Positions 1 to 11,487 of a stretch of DNA of 64,000 bases are shown here, piece after piece (position 1 is the first letter of the stretch; the number at the start of each line of letters is the position of its first letter). Origin of the DNA: Naegleria gruberi (Eukaryota); assembly GCA_000004985.1 (NCBI GenBank), contig GG738878.1; one strand, 5' to 3'. A program made the position numbers and the translations under genes. A model generated the notes under the pieces. The model did no database searches. It saw nothing but the letters and a program-made list of their open reading frames with translations, and was not told the DNA's origin.

Positions 1-1
1 A

Positions 2-559
2 AGAATACTTTTCAATTCACGATGACTCGATTCTTGTTGTTCTCGTTCTTGTCCTTGTCCTTCCACAACAGCTTTACCGAGTGTCCTACCTCGAACATTG
101 TTTTGTTGTTGATTTAAACTTGGTGCTTTTGATTCATTTTTTGCTTCTCTTGCAAAAAGATTTCGCGCCAAAGAAACGGAAACTGTTGGCGGCTGATTAA
201 GTTTTGCTGATAATTCATTTTCGAATAATTCTTGTTGTTGGTGTGCTGAAGGTGATTGTGGTGGTGATTGAGGCTGGGAAGAAATGATGGTGGGTTGATT
301 TCCTCGGAAGCTTCCATTCTTGGGTGAGTTGTTTCTAGAGCTCGAATTACTACCACTTGAATTGTTGTTGGTCATTGAGGTTATTCTATTGAGTTGGAGT
401 TGTTTCTTAGGTGATGTAGGCGGTATTGATGATGATTGGCCTGAGGAGTTTGTTGTTTGTTGATTGGAAATTATACTGGGAGAGCTAGTGTTATTGTTGT
501 AGGATCGCCTACCATCACTAGGTGTTCGTGTATTTCGATTATTCTTCATCATTGGCAAT
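2..559 (-). CDS. Possible 3' end of a low-complexity (Ser/Asn/Gln-rich) protein gene running off the window start; frame not resolved
   Basis: Minus-strand ORF 114..356 plus further open low-complexity reading upstream; no recognisable domain; may include an intron. Confidence 0.25.
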
Positions 560-776
560 CAAGTATAATGAAAGGAGTTTGGGATTCTTGGCTCAATGAT
601 AAAGTTCTCTCTTTTTTTCTGTACAACTTGAAGGATGACATTAAGAGTTTGAAAGCAATCTAGCGTTGTACAATAAAAACTCACTACATCTCATAATTTT
701 CAACAACCTTTTTTATCCTTACTTGGGAGAGATCTGTAAACCTGAAAATTTCTTACAAGGAAAGTGCGAAAGTAAT

Positions 777-3700
777 TTATTCTTGTGGTTTTGGAGTTGT
801 GTTGGCTGGTTGAGCAACTCTAGGTTTTGGGAATCCAGTTATTTCGTAAAGTTTTTCGACTGATGGTTTAACGATGGCAGCTCCTTCTAACCATGGAGTA
901 CCACATAAAATATCCAGAACAGCATCTAATTGTTCATCGGTCATAACCATGTCACCACAAACTTGCAAAGCTCCATATAATTGATTGGCAGCATATTCAC
1001 GAACCTTTGGGAACTTGCTTAATAAACAAGAGGTAAAGAGTCTTTGGAAGGCCTTTTCTCTTGTTGGATTACTGTACTTGATCAATTCACAGAATAAATC
1101 GACTGCAAGCATAATCTTTTGAACATTCTTACATGTTCCAACAATTTCCTTGGTTGTAGCAACGATGAGCTTTTCAGTGTAATCATATTGAGGAGGTTGG
1201 AATCTTTCAAATACACCATGACCAATGAGAAGAGCGTAAGATTTGAGTAATGGAACAATCACTCTATCGTCCAAAGCATATTGTACTCCAATTTCAAGCA
1301 TTACTGTCAAGATCTTCTCTGACATATCGTCACTGGTTTTCAAATAATCAATCAAGGCTGTAGTACTATGTTTGAAAACATGGCTAGACATACCACCCAT
1401 ACTAACAACAAGTCCACTCAACAAGCTATATCTATAAATTTCCAAAGGAAGAAGTTTGACGAAAATAGGGAATGATTTTTCAGCAGAAGACCAATCAACC
1501 AAGCTTCCATCATCACTGCTATGAATTATTTGGGAAATTTCTTCTCTCAATGGAATATTCTTAGAATGTTCATTTGCAAGAATACGAACAATAGATCTAC
1601 ATGCATTATCTCTTACTCTATCTATTTTTTCTACAGCTTGCTTTAAGAGTGAACACATCAATGAGGTGGCCATTTCTACAGTAAATAATGGAGTTGGTGA
1701 GACGAGAGTGAACCATCTTTCCAAAGAGGCCATAGAAGCCTCTCTTACCCATGAACCAACATCACCTCTCTTGTCGACAGCATAATCGTTTGTTCCCTTA
1801 ATAAGAGCATCGAATATCTTGCTTGCATTTTGTTCAGTGACTCCATTTTCGCACAAACCAATATTTTCAGAAAGTGAAATAATACCATAAATTGCATTTC
1901 TACGAGCATCAGCATCTTGAAGATCAATATCTTGCTCCAATTCAAGTTTGCTAATAAGCACATCAATAGCTTGATTGAAGTAATTTTGCATGATTTGTTT
2001 TGGTAAAACTCCCAAAGCAAGTGCAAGTCCTCTTCTTGTTGCTGGATTGATATCTGTATTAAGTTGATGAATGTACTTTTTGGCAACCTCTTCTCCAAAT
2101 TCAGGACTGGTATGATAATATTCGTGAGAGAAGGACTTGAGTGAGGCCACTGCCATTTCAATAATTTCATTATTAGGATGTTTCAAGTTTTCATCAATGG
2201 TTTCTTGGAAAATGGTCAAAGACTTCTTCTTCAATTGTCTATTACCAACAGAAGAAGCTACAGTCATGGTGGCTGGAAGAGTAACATGACTCAAAGCCAT
2301 ACATTCAATAAATCTAGAGACGGCTTCTCTCATAATTTCACCTCCTTTACCTCTGTACAATCTCTTGGCTTCAATGTTTGGAACAATATTTCTGAGCTTA
2401 TCTTGCAAATCTTCGTCAAAGGTTACGCCCAAATTGGTGAGAGCAAGGATTACCTCAGCCAATGCAAATAAACTACCATGTCTTGCATTCAAATCTGTTT
2501 CGACACATCTATCAATCAACTTTGGAATGATTGATTCTTGAATGAATTTAGCATCCCTATCACAGAGTTTGGCCAATGTTCTTGAGGCAAGTTCTCTGAT
2601 TGACTTTTCCCAGTGAGTTACCTTTGAGTCAACCAAATATGAAATCAATGATTGACAATATTCTGGATATTGAGCAATATAGTAACTGATAGAGAGGTAA
2701 GAGTTATTTCTATTACACAATGAGAAATAGTCAGCAACTGTAATAATGTCAATACCGTGAGGGAAGCTTCCTTGTCTACCAACATTTTCTTGGAAAGCAG
2801 CAGCGGCAGCTCTTCTACAGTTAACTTCTCTGTCATAGACGGCAATCTTGACAAGTCCTTGAGAGAGATTGTTCATGTAAGGTTTGATAATTTCTGGAGC
2901 ATAAGCTCTAGCAAAAGCCCAACAAACATAACAGGCAGCATCTCTTACATGAGCACCAACACTGTGAGTTCCCTTTCTGACATCATAAATGAGAGCTTGT
3001 TCAAGCAATGGAATTACTTGTTGTAATCTTTCTGGGAGAAGAAGGCCTCTTCTAGCAAGTTCAGCAAGAGCCAAAGAAGCACCATGCCAAGAACTATCAT
3101 CCTCATTTGCATTCATCAATTCACAAACTGATTCTACAATTTGATCACCAAGGTATTTTGGAAGTCTCAGAGTCACTCTACCAACACCCTTAGCAGCACT
3201 CCATCTTACGATTGTATCCTTATCTCTGAGGCCATTAATTAATTGTGAGATGATTTGCTCAACTTCTTCATTGATTTCAATATCTTCATCATCTTCCATT
3301 TCGTTGGAAGAGTTTGATTGAGATGTTTGTTTTTTCAAGTGCATTAATGTGAGTCTTGTTGTGTGATATCTCCATGCTACAACTCTTGGTTTAAGATGAG
3401 TCAAGCCAATTCTTTGAATGAGTTTCATGTTCAAGTGTCTGAGCATTGTATTGTTATTATCAGTCTCTGCTGTAACATTTGCCCAAATAAGTGGAATAAT
3501 ATCTAACAATTCATCTCTCTTACCAATCTTGAAAATCATGACAATTGTACGCATGATACCAGCTCTCTAAAATTCAATTATTAGAAAAATGAAAATCTCA
3601 TAAACATACCAAAAATGTAGTTGTCTTTGGTCCTGAAATAGTTTCAATTCCCCATTTAATAAACTCTGGTAATTTTTCCTTAGCCATATCTGGTCTAGTT

Positions 3701-4438
3701 AATAATCTAGAAATTAATAAACATGATGAATCTCTTGTTTTACCTGGTTCTGATAATTGAAGTTTACATTCTTCCAACATGTTAACTGGTAATTGACCAG
3801 ATGGATCAACAACAGTAAGGTCGAATGGATTAATAACAATCATACTAAGCCAAAGCATTAAAATATACTTAGTTTCCCATTCAGATGATAACACATTCTT
3901 GTATAATTCAAAGAGTGGTTCCAAATCAACAATTTCATGAGGGAATAATTTAGCTAAAATTAAGTGTTAAAAAACTCTCATCGGAAATGAAATCGATAAC
4001 TTACTGACAACTTTGTGACCTCTCACTTTAGTCAAGGTACAAATGGTTTGGAATAAACAAATTCTAACTAGTCTTTCTTGCATACAATCAACAAAAGTCA
4101 TCTTTTGTTCATTCAAACCAATAACCTTTCTAGAAATTCTCATCAATTCGGAAACGATATTTGTCAAGTGTGGATCTAATAATTGACTTTGTTCCATATA
4201 TTTAGAAAGCTATATTGAAAATAACAATCAACATCATCATTCTATGAAATCATGTACTTACAATTTTGAGAATTGAATGGGAAGTTTGTTGAATGGTATC
4301 AAAACATTCTGGCTGTTCAAATTTTCTTATCAGTTCCGAAACTTCCTTGTGTTCATTGAAGAATGATTGATAACAGGAATCTTCTTGTTCCTCTTGGTTA
4401 TCCACTTGCATTGGATCACTCATGGTATCGATTTCCAT
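777..4438 (-). CDS. TBCD: Tubulin-folding cofactor D (tubulin-specific chaperone D), 4 exons: 4438..4262, 4209..4005, 3953..3610, 3566..777
   Basis: 925-aa terminal ORF with HEAT/ARM-repeat TBCD-like sequence. Upstream ORFs 3598..3924, 3967..4197 and 4250..4567 join in frame through short introns: GTATGT..TTTTAG (3567..3609), GTAAGT..TTTTAG (3954..4004), GTAAGT..ATATAG (4210..4261). ATG (MEIDTMSDP) at 4438. Confidence 0.8.
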
Positions 4439-4723
4439 CTTTTGAGTTTGTGAGGTTGAGTTTGTAGTTAGCTTTTTTTTGTATTGTGTTTTTTGTATTA
4501 AACAGTTTGGTGCAAGATTTGACATTCTTTTGGCGGGAAGAGATGTATTACAGTGAATTGAGAACACTGTGAATTTTTCAACTGTTGTTGCTAGAGAAGA
4601 TGATAATATTTGAAATTGCTATCTTCCTTGTAATTTCATGAAATGACAAAGTAGTGAAGCTAAAAGTGATGGCTTGCTGCTGTTGTATCATCACATCAAA
4701 TAAATAATAAAATTAAATAAAAA
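4439..4723. promoter_or_regulatory. Shared divergent promoter region between TBCD (-) and prefoldin-3 (+)
   Basis: 285-bp AT-rich spacer between the two head-to-head start codons. Confidence 0.5.
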
Positions 4724-5484
4724 ATGACTGATTACATACTCAACGGATTCCCAGATAGTTACGAAAACCCAAGAAAGATTCCAAAAGCCGATTTTATTGT
4801 ACGTATAACCTCTTGATGTTTAGTGCTGACTTGATGATCTGTTGTTTTTGGAAATTTGTATGTGTGTGGATGATAATACAAAAATGTTGGACTGTTGTAT
4901 GATGTGATTTTTCTTGGACCTTCAACATTTTTATAACAACAATAATAACAACAAAACATATTCAATTTAAATAGGAAGACGTAGAAGTCCTCGTTTCTAA
5001 AAAGGGTTCCGATGTTCAAGAAATTGTTCAACAAATCTATAGAGAACTTCATCAAAAACATCAAAATTATCAATATTTCGAATTGCGTTTGCATGAATCT
5101 CGTGAACAATTAAAGACCAAGATTCCAGAAATTAAAAAGACTGTTGAATCTGTCAAATTCTTGAAGAAGGCCTTTGATGGTGATGAAGATTCCGAACCAC
5201 AAGACAAGATTGAAACTCACTTTAAGCTCGATGAAACAATCTTTGCTGAAGCTGTCATTCCAAAAACCGATCGTGTTGCTTTGTGGTTAGGTTGTGATAT
5301 CATGGTTGAATATTCTTTGGCCGAAGCTTTGGAATTGTTGAATAAGAATTATGAATTGGCCGAACAAAAATTGAAGGAAATCAATGAAGATCTTGCCTAT
5401 CTTAAGGATCAAAAGACTACGACGGAAGTTAACATGAGCAGAGTTCACAACTTTGGTATCAAGAAGAAGAATGAAAAGAAATAA
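4724..5484 (+). CDS. PFDN3: Prefoldin subunit 3 (VBP1/Gim2-like), 2 exons: 4724..4798 and 4975..5484
   Basis: Translation MTDYILNGFPDSYENPRKIPKADFI|EDVEVLVSKKGSDVQEIV...DRVALWLGCDIMVEYSLAEA...TTTEVNMSRV matches prefoldin alpha-type subunit 3. Intron GTACGT...AATAG (4799..4974). A-rich context before ATG. Confidence 0.8.
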
Positions 5485-5677
5485 ATTATTTTAACTTATT
5501 TGAAATGTATTGTGATGGTAACAAAACAATTTATGATCCTTCTAACAAGAAGAAACTTTCATTTTAATATATAAATTTACAACTCCAATGAAACAAATTG
5601 TTCTTGGAACTAAAAACGAGTAAGGCAAGTATCATTGATTGCCAAACATTCACTCTTTAGTCATTATTCCATTTAGT

Positions 5678-6061
5678 TCACTTTCTCTTCTTTAGTTTGG
5701 CATAAGTTCCCAGTTTTGTTTCATCCTCTTCATCAACATGTTTGCTTGTTCTTTTTTTCAAATTAGTGCAATTTTCAGATTTGCAATTTTCACAATGTAT
5801 TTGTTTTTTTGCACAAGCACATTTTGTGGTACATGAACCAGTTCTACATCTGCAACAGGATTTAGGTGACTTTGAAGATTTTGGAGTATTTTCCACCGTT
5901 TCAATTGAATCATCTTCAGAATACTCGCCAAGTGTTTCTTGTTCCACTTTTGTCGAGTCTACAAGTGGTATATCATCTGAGGAAATGAATAATGCAGAAA
6001 AGTCTGTTTTATCAACTGTGTCAGTAACTTCAAGTAATGTTAAACATTCTCTTGCTGTCAA
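5678..6061 (-). CDS. Cys-rich CXC-like ORF (CCRCRTGSCTTKCACAKKQIHCENCKSENC); possibly a C-terminal exon of the upstream kinase gene rather than a separate gene
   Basis: Open frame starts at the kinase stop codon with a -1 shift; tesmin/CXC-like cysteine spacing; acidic/Ser-rich N-part; no independent promoter evident. Confidence 0.35.
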   Translation of the reverse strand: MTARECLTLLEVTDTVDKTDFSALFISSDDIPLVDSTKVEQETLGEYSEDDSIETVENTPKSSKSPKSCCRCRTGSCTTKCACAKKQIHCENCKSENCTNLKKRTSKHVDEEDETKLGTYAKLKKRK

Positions 6062-7943
6062 TCTTTCACTTCTTTTGTGTTCTTAACCATGTTAAATATT
6101 GTTTTACCCTTTTCATTGAACTGTTCCATGCATGCAATCTGAAAATTGCTCCAAAGCTCTTGAATTGCTTTCTCATCTTTCCAAATGCGCTGATTACACT
6201 CTTTTTCAAGAATGATTTCAATGAAAGCAAGCCCAAGTGAATAAATATCTGTTTTAGGATGAATAAAGTGATCTCCGTCTTTTCGTTTCTCTGGTTCATT
6301 ATATCTGGGTGTTCCTGAAGTTGAGGTAACTTTTGAAAAATCACCCTCTTCATAGCTAAATCTCATTTCCAATTCAAAATCAATAAATTTACATAGAAAT
6401 GTTGGTTTTGTATGCAACTGTTTATCAGTAGGTCTTTCTATTGTAATGATATTACTTGGCTTAATATCATTATGTATTCTTTTTTGTTGGTGAATACTTT
6501 CAATTTCCAATAACAATTGAGTCATGATATGTATCTTCTCAATAGATAATCTTTTTTTAATACAAGATAATTCATCTCCTTCCACTGATATTTCTAAATG
6601 TTCCTTTCGTAGCGACCCATTATGCCAAAAACAATCAATAGGAAGAAAGATATTATAGTGTGGATTCATGGACAGCGAATCATAGAAAATCTTGACAATT
6701 ACTGGCAGACCAGAATGATTAATCCTTCCTTGAAAGATATCCTTATCATGGGGAGTGCTTCTCTCAAACAAATATCTCGTTAAAGTAACATTTGTTTCTT
6801 GTGTTGAGTAGAGTGAAACAACCAACTCATCATTCTCATTGAATTTAGATGAATTGATTTGTGAGCTTTTCATTCTTTGTCTTCCTACTGATTGTTTTGT
6901 TATGTCTTGAATTAATTTGTTTTCTTGTTGGATTGTTTCTCTACATGCTTCCAAAAAGAACGATACTAAAATGGCATACTCTGGTTTCTTTGGTTCAAGA
7001 GAAAACAGACCAACATTGAATAATTGATATCTGTCATTGAAATGTTCAGGTACTGCTCGGATTCCAATAACACGAACTGAGCTTTTTTCTGTCAATAATC
7101 CATATGTCACTATTTTTTGGATTTTGCTGGCATTTTCTTGTGATGGCTTCATATTTTGTAGTATTGTTGAGTGAAATAACCTAATAATTGCAACAACCTT
7201 CAATAAATCAGGATGAGCCTTGTTCCTTTCAAACTTATCTTCTTGACCAAATTTAACTCTAATGGTAGGCAGGGATTCATTTTTCATCTCAAAACCAGAT
7301 AAGTTGTCAGGTTTGATAGCACTACCCAGAAGGGTAATAACTTCGGCAGGTAAAGATGTTTTTGTAGTGTCATTGGCCATTTCACCAATTGAAATATTTC
7401 TTTTTTTGCTTACCAATGAGATAATCAGCTTACTAATACCTACGCATCCAGTTTAAAGTCATACAGTGCTGATAGTTGCAGTAATTTACGATATGTCGTG
7501 TTGGTGTGAAACATTTCACTCCCTTTTCCTAAAGGTTCTATCTTTGTTGGACTGAAACAATCAAGCAAAAGGTTAAAAGCAGCACTCTTGTTTGTAAACG
7601 AGAACTCCTTATCTGCTTTGACAAATTTCTCCATCATATCTCTTGATAGCTCGTTATAATCGGTCATGAATGAAGAATCAGAAAAAGAAATGGTATCCAT
7701 GTGTTTTGACATTGCCTCAATAGAGGTTCTCAAATCCATTACACAATCGACCTTTTGTTGTGCAGACAGCAAATCATTAATACCACCAGTTTCCACATTA
7801 TCTACCCATTCTACATTCAATAAATTCTGGGCAATGGAAATTTTTTGATTGAATTCTTTCGTTCCTTCTGGCCAGACATCGTCCCGAATGAATAAACCTC
7901 TTTCATTGTGTCGACATGTTAGCATTTCATCGAACGATGTCAT
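6058..7943 (-). CDS. Divergent protein kinase-like protein with ~370-aa N-terminal unknown region; exons 7943..7444 and 7399..6058
   Basis: Kinase subdomains HNDIKPSNI, DFE (DFG variant), GTPRYNEPE, DIYSLG; no canonical GxGxxG loop. ORFs 7440..7943 and 6058..7416 join in frame through a 44-nt intron GTAGGT...AAAAAG (7400..7443), giving a GC|A Ala codon. Confidence 0.65.
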
Positions 7944-8120
7944 TTTTTAAAGTTTGAAGAAAACAGATTTTAAAATTACGCTGCTTAAAATGTTTTCTTA
8001 CAGTTTCTAGCTATTTTTTAATTTCATCAAATAATATACCAATTCTTCTATATTCGATAATAATGAAGAATAAACCTATCACCTCATTCACGAATACTCT
8101 GATTAGCAAGGAGGTGGAAA

Positions 8121-8154
8121 GTGAAAACTCAGATTAGAAGCTTACAGTTTTCAC
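8121..8154. promoter_or_regulatory. Perfect 9-bp inverted repeat GTGAAAACT-N16-AGTTTTCAC in the kinase/RPL4 divergent promoter
   Basis: Directly read; lies ~125 bp upstream of the RPL4 ATG. Confidence 0.3.
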
Positions 8155-8276
8155 TTACTGTGGCATAAGTTTTTTGAAGTTTATTTTTAAAAATTGGAGG
8201 GAAAACACTTCATTGTAAAATATAAAATATAAAAGACAACCTAAAAATTTTTAAAAATTGTTTCAAAAAAAAAGAC

Positions 8277-9374
8277 ATGTCCATTCAACGCCCAACTGTT
8301 TCAGTCTTCAATGCTAAGACTGGTGAAGTCACCAAGGAAGTCGCTCTCCCAGACGTTTTCCAAGCTCCAATCAGACCAGACATTGTTTCCAACATTGCTA
8401 ACATCTTGAGAATGAACTTGAGACAACCATACGGAGTCCACAAGTATGCTGGTCACCAACACTCTGCTATCTCATGGGGTACTGGTCGTGCTGTTTCCAG
8501 AATTCCTAGAGTTTCTGGTGGTGGTACTCACAGAGCCGGACAAGGTGCTTTCGGTAACATGTGTAGAAAGGGTAGAATGTTCTCCCCAACTAGAACTTGG
8601 AGAGTCTGGATGCACGTTGTTAAGAAGAACGAAAGAAGATATGCTACTGCTTCCGCTATTGCTGCTTCCTCTATCACTCCTTTGGTTCAAGCTAGAGGTC
8701 ACAAGGTTGAACAAGTTAAACAACTCCCACTCGTTGTTTCTGATGATTTGCAATTCGTCCAAAAGACTAAGGAAGTTGTTGCTTTCTTGAAGAAGCACGG
8801 TTTGTTGTCTGATGCTAAGAAGGCTAAGGACTCCAAGACTTTGAGAAAGGGTAGAGGTAAGATGAGAAATAGAAGATATACATTGAAGAAGGGTCCATTG
8901 GTTGTCTACAATGCTAAGCCAGGTACTCAAACTCCACCAATCGTTTTGGCTGTCAGAAACCTCCCAGGTGTTGATGTCTTGAATGTTCATCAATTGAACT
9001 TGTTGAAGTTGGCCCCTGGTGGTCACCCAGGTAGATTGATTGTCTGGACTGAATCCGCTTTCACTGCTTTGAACGAAAAGTTCGGTTCCATCAATAACGA
9101 AAAGGGAGCTGCTACTACCCACTTCAGATCTGGTGCTACTTATCATTTGCCAAGACCAGTCGCTGTCAACACTGATTCCTCAAGAATCATTGAATCAGAT
9201 GCTGTTCAAGCTGCTTTGAAGCCAAAGAAGGTTGTTCAAAGATATGCTATCAAGAAGCAAAGCAGAAGCAACCCATTGTCCAACTTCAAGTTCTTGGTTA
9301 GACTCAACCCATACGCTTTGAAGGCCAGAAGACTCCAACTCTTGAGAGAAAGACGTGCTGCTCAAAAGAAATAA
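8277..9374 (+). CDS. RPL4: 60S ribosomal protein L4 (uL4), single exon
   Basis: 365-aa ORF with strong uL4 similarity (GGGTHRAGQGAFGNMCRKGRMFSPT...); yeast-like optimal codons; AAAAAAAAGACATGTCC start context. Confidence 0.92.
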   Translation: MSIQRPTVSVFNAKTGEVTKEVALPDVFQAPIRPDIVSNIANILRMNLRQPYGVHKYAGHQHSAISWGTGRAVSRIPRVSGGGTHRAGQGAFGNMCRKGRMFSPTRTWRVWMHVVKKNERRYATASAIAASSITPLVQARGHKVEQVKQLPLVVSDDLQFVQKTKEVVAFLKKHGLLSDAKKAKDSKTLRKGRGKMRNRRYTLKKGPLVVYNAKPGTQTPPIVLAVRNLPGVDVLNVHQLNLLKLAPGGHPGRLIVWTESAFTALNEKFGSINNEKGAATTHFRSGATYHLPRPVAVNTDSSRIIESDAVQAALKPKKVVQRYAIKKQSRSNPLSNFKFLVRLNPYALKARRLQLLRERRAAQKK

Positions 9375-9509
9375 ATTAACTTGACAATTTTGTAACTTAT
9401 TTTAAAATCAAATTATTTTCTTATTTTTGCTCAACATTATCTTTGGGAGCTTTCGAATTATTTCACCAATGTTATCATTACAAAGATCAGTGTTAAAATC
9501 AAAGAAAAA

Positions 9510-11483
9510 ATGTCTCACCAGGAAGAGGACAATTCTGCAAAGAAACGCTCCAATGATGACATGGATAGTACAACTACGAATAGTAATGCTCTTGCTAGAC
9601 CAAAGAAAAAAGTGAAACTCTGTATTGAAGTTTACGAAAAGCAGAGTGACCATCCTCTTTTTAAATTGCCCAATGAATTGTACATGCAAATATTTTCATA
9701 TTTGGTTGGTGATCCGATGCGTAAAGTGGATATTTCTTCAATAGAGGTGAATCAAGTTTGTCGTCCCGATAATTATCCTCTTCACCAACAAGTTCTTGCA
9801 CTGATTCCTCCCTTTGAAAATTTGAAAACCATTACTAGATTAAATCTTGTCTGTAAGGACTTTAATATGATGATTAGGGGAGGTATTCCACCAGATGATA
9901 GGTTATTAGATAGCAGTGAAAATGAGAATGAAACAAATGAAGAGGAAACGAATGAACCTGAGGAACCTAATGAGTTTATAATGAAGGATTTTGAAAGATT
10001 TTGGTTACGTGGATTCAATTACTATTTCAAGCTACTTTATTGGATTAGAACAAGAAAGTTGGAAAGTATTACAATGGCTTATGGAGACATGACACAGAAA
10101 GACTATATCGAAAATGCCAAAGCTCAGAATGTCATTCTTCATTATGAGAGAGGGAAATGTGCGACATCGTTCGAGGATGCTTTTGATTATGATCAGTTTA
10201 CAGGAGATATTGATATGGATGCGAGTGATGAGGAAGAGGTGAGAGAAAACGAATCATCCTCTGAAGTTCACTCAAATTCAACTGAAAATAAGGAAGAAGA
10301 AAATAAGGAAGCTGCTGAACTTTACAATAAGATTTTCAAATCAAGAAAACCAAAGTATAACGATCCACAACAAAGTAAGGAGCAGATTTTAAAGAGATTA
10401 AAGCAGTTGGAAATTGACTGGCAGTCTTACGTTAAGTATTTTAGACAAGATGATACGAGTTTTGAGTTGTGTTTAGATGTAATGCTTATGATATCTCTTC
10501 ACATGTTTGATACTTTTGTAAGTTTATTGAAATTAATGATTCAGTTTATTGATACAGATTCTAATTTTACTGTATAATTATAGGACTCTGATAATACTGA
10601 TATGTATGATGCAGGATCTGGAGTTCCCATTCAAAGAAAATATTTGAATTCTTGGGTTTCAGGAAGTGCAAGAAAAGTTTCAAAAATAGAGTTGGATAAT
10701 ATAGATGATAATCAGAAATTGGGTCTTTCAATTACGAATAATGGAGGATTTGCACAATTTTTAACAAACTCAAATGAGGATTTGAGTTCTGAAAAAATCA
10801 TGAATTTGAGCATTTCAGATGTGAATATGGATAGTGTCATGAATCATTTGCACAAGGCAATATTTTTAAACTTGGAAAATGTGCTACTATTCAAACCATT
10901 GGAAAACTTTGAATTTCCTCTAAATATCAAATTTCTAAGTATTGATATCAACTCGGGGCATTCCTATAAAAACTATCCTGCAGAGGTATTTAAAGACATG
11001 TTAAAAGGGATACGCTTTCCTGGAGTGAGATATTTGCGAGTGAGATTTGAAGAAAGTGAATTTCATTGTAGTGAGGTAGATTTTAGTAGCCTTAAAAACA
11101 AAATTCTCCATTTTGCCACCAATTATGAGATATTCCCGAATCTCAGGTATCTTACACTGAATGGAATTGCATTAGAGGAACCAACTGATAATGATGACGA
11201 TGACGATATGGATCTTGATTTTTTGGAACAATTGATTGGATTTGAGGTTTCATTTGACAATGATTCTAGAGAACACAAACATTGGAACGAATTTAGAAAG
11301 GTAACCATGCCACTTTCCAAGAAATCCAAGTACCTCAGACATGTCATTCTGGAAACAAATGTTGATTCAAGGAGTTATCTAAATTTATCCGTATTATTGG
11401 AAAAGCTCTATAATAACCACAAGAAACCATTTTCTATTGGTTTTGGTAGTATTTCTCACTTTTATTCCATTTGTGGGGAATAA
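9510..11483 (+). CDS. F-box-like / leucine-rich-repeat protein, 2 exons: 9510..10517 and 10584..11483
   Basis: N-terminal acidic region then LPNELYMQIFSYL (F-box-like); LRR-like C-terminal half; ORFs joined by intron GTAAGT...CTAAT...TATAG (10518..10583), in frame. Confidence 0.65.
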
Positions 11484-11487
11484 ATGA

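Noticed and set aside
1745-3026. Internal ORFs 1745..2170 (-), 2178..2471 (+), 2645..2854 (-), 2757..3026 (+) inside the TBCD exon
   Set aside because: Nested in or antisense to a well-supported 925-aa coding exon; no domain features.
4759-5109. Minus-strand 116-aa ORF spanning the prefoldin-3 intron and exon 2 start
   Set aside because: Overlaps the prefoldin-3 intron on the opposite strand; hydrophobic nonsense composition; the prefoldin reading is homology-supported.
8446-9146. ORFs 8446..8790 (+) and 8472..9146 (-) overlapping RPL4
   Set aside because: Alternative or antisense frames of a highly conserved ribosomal protein gene.
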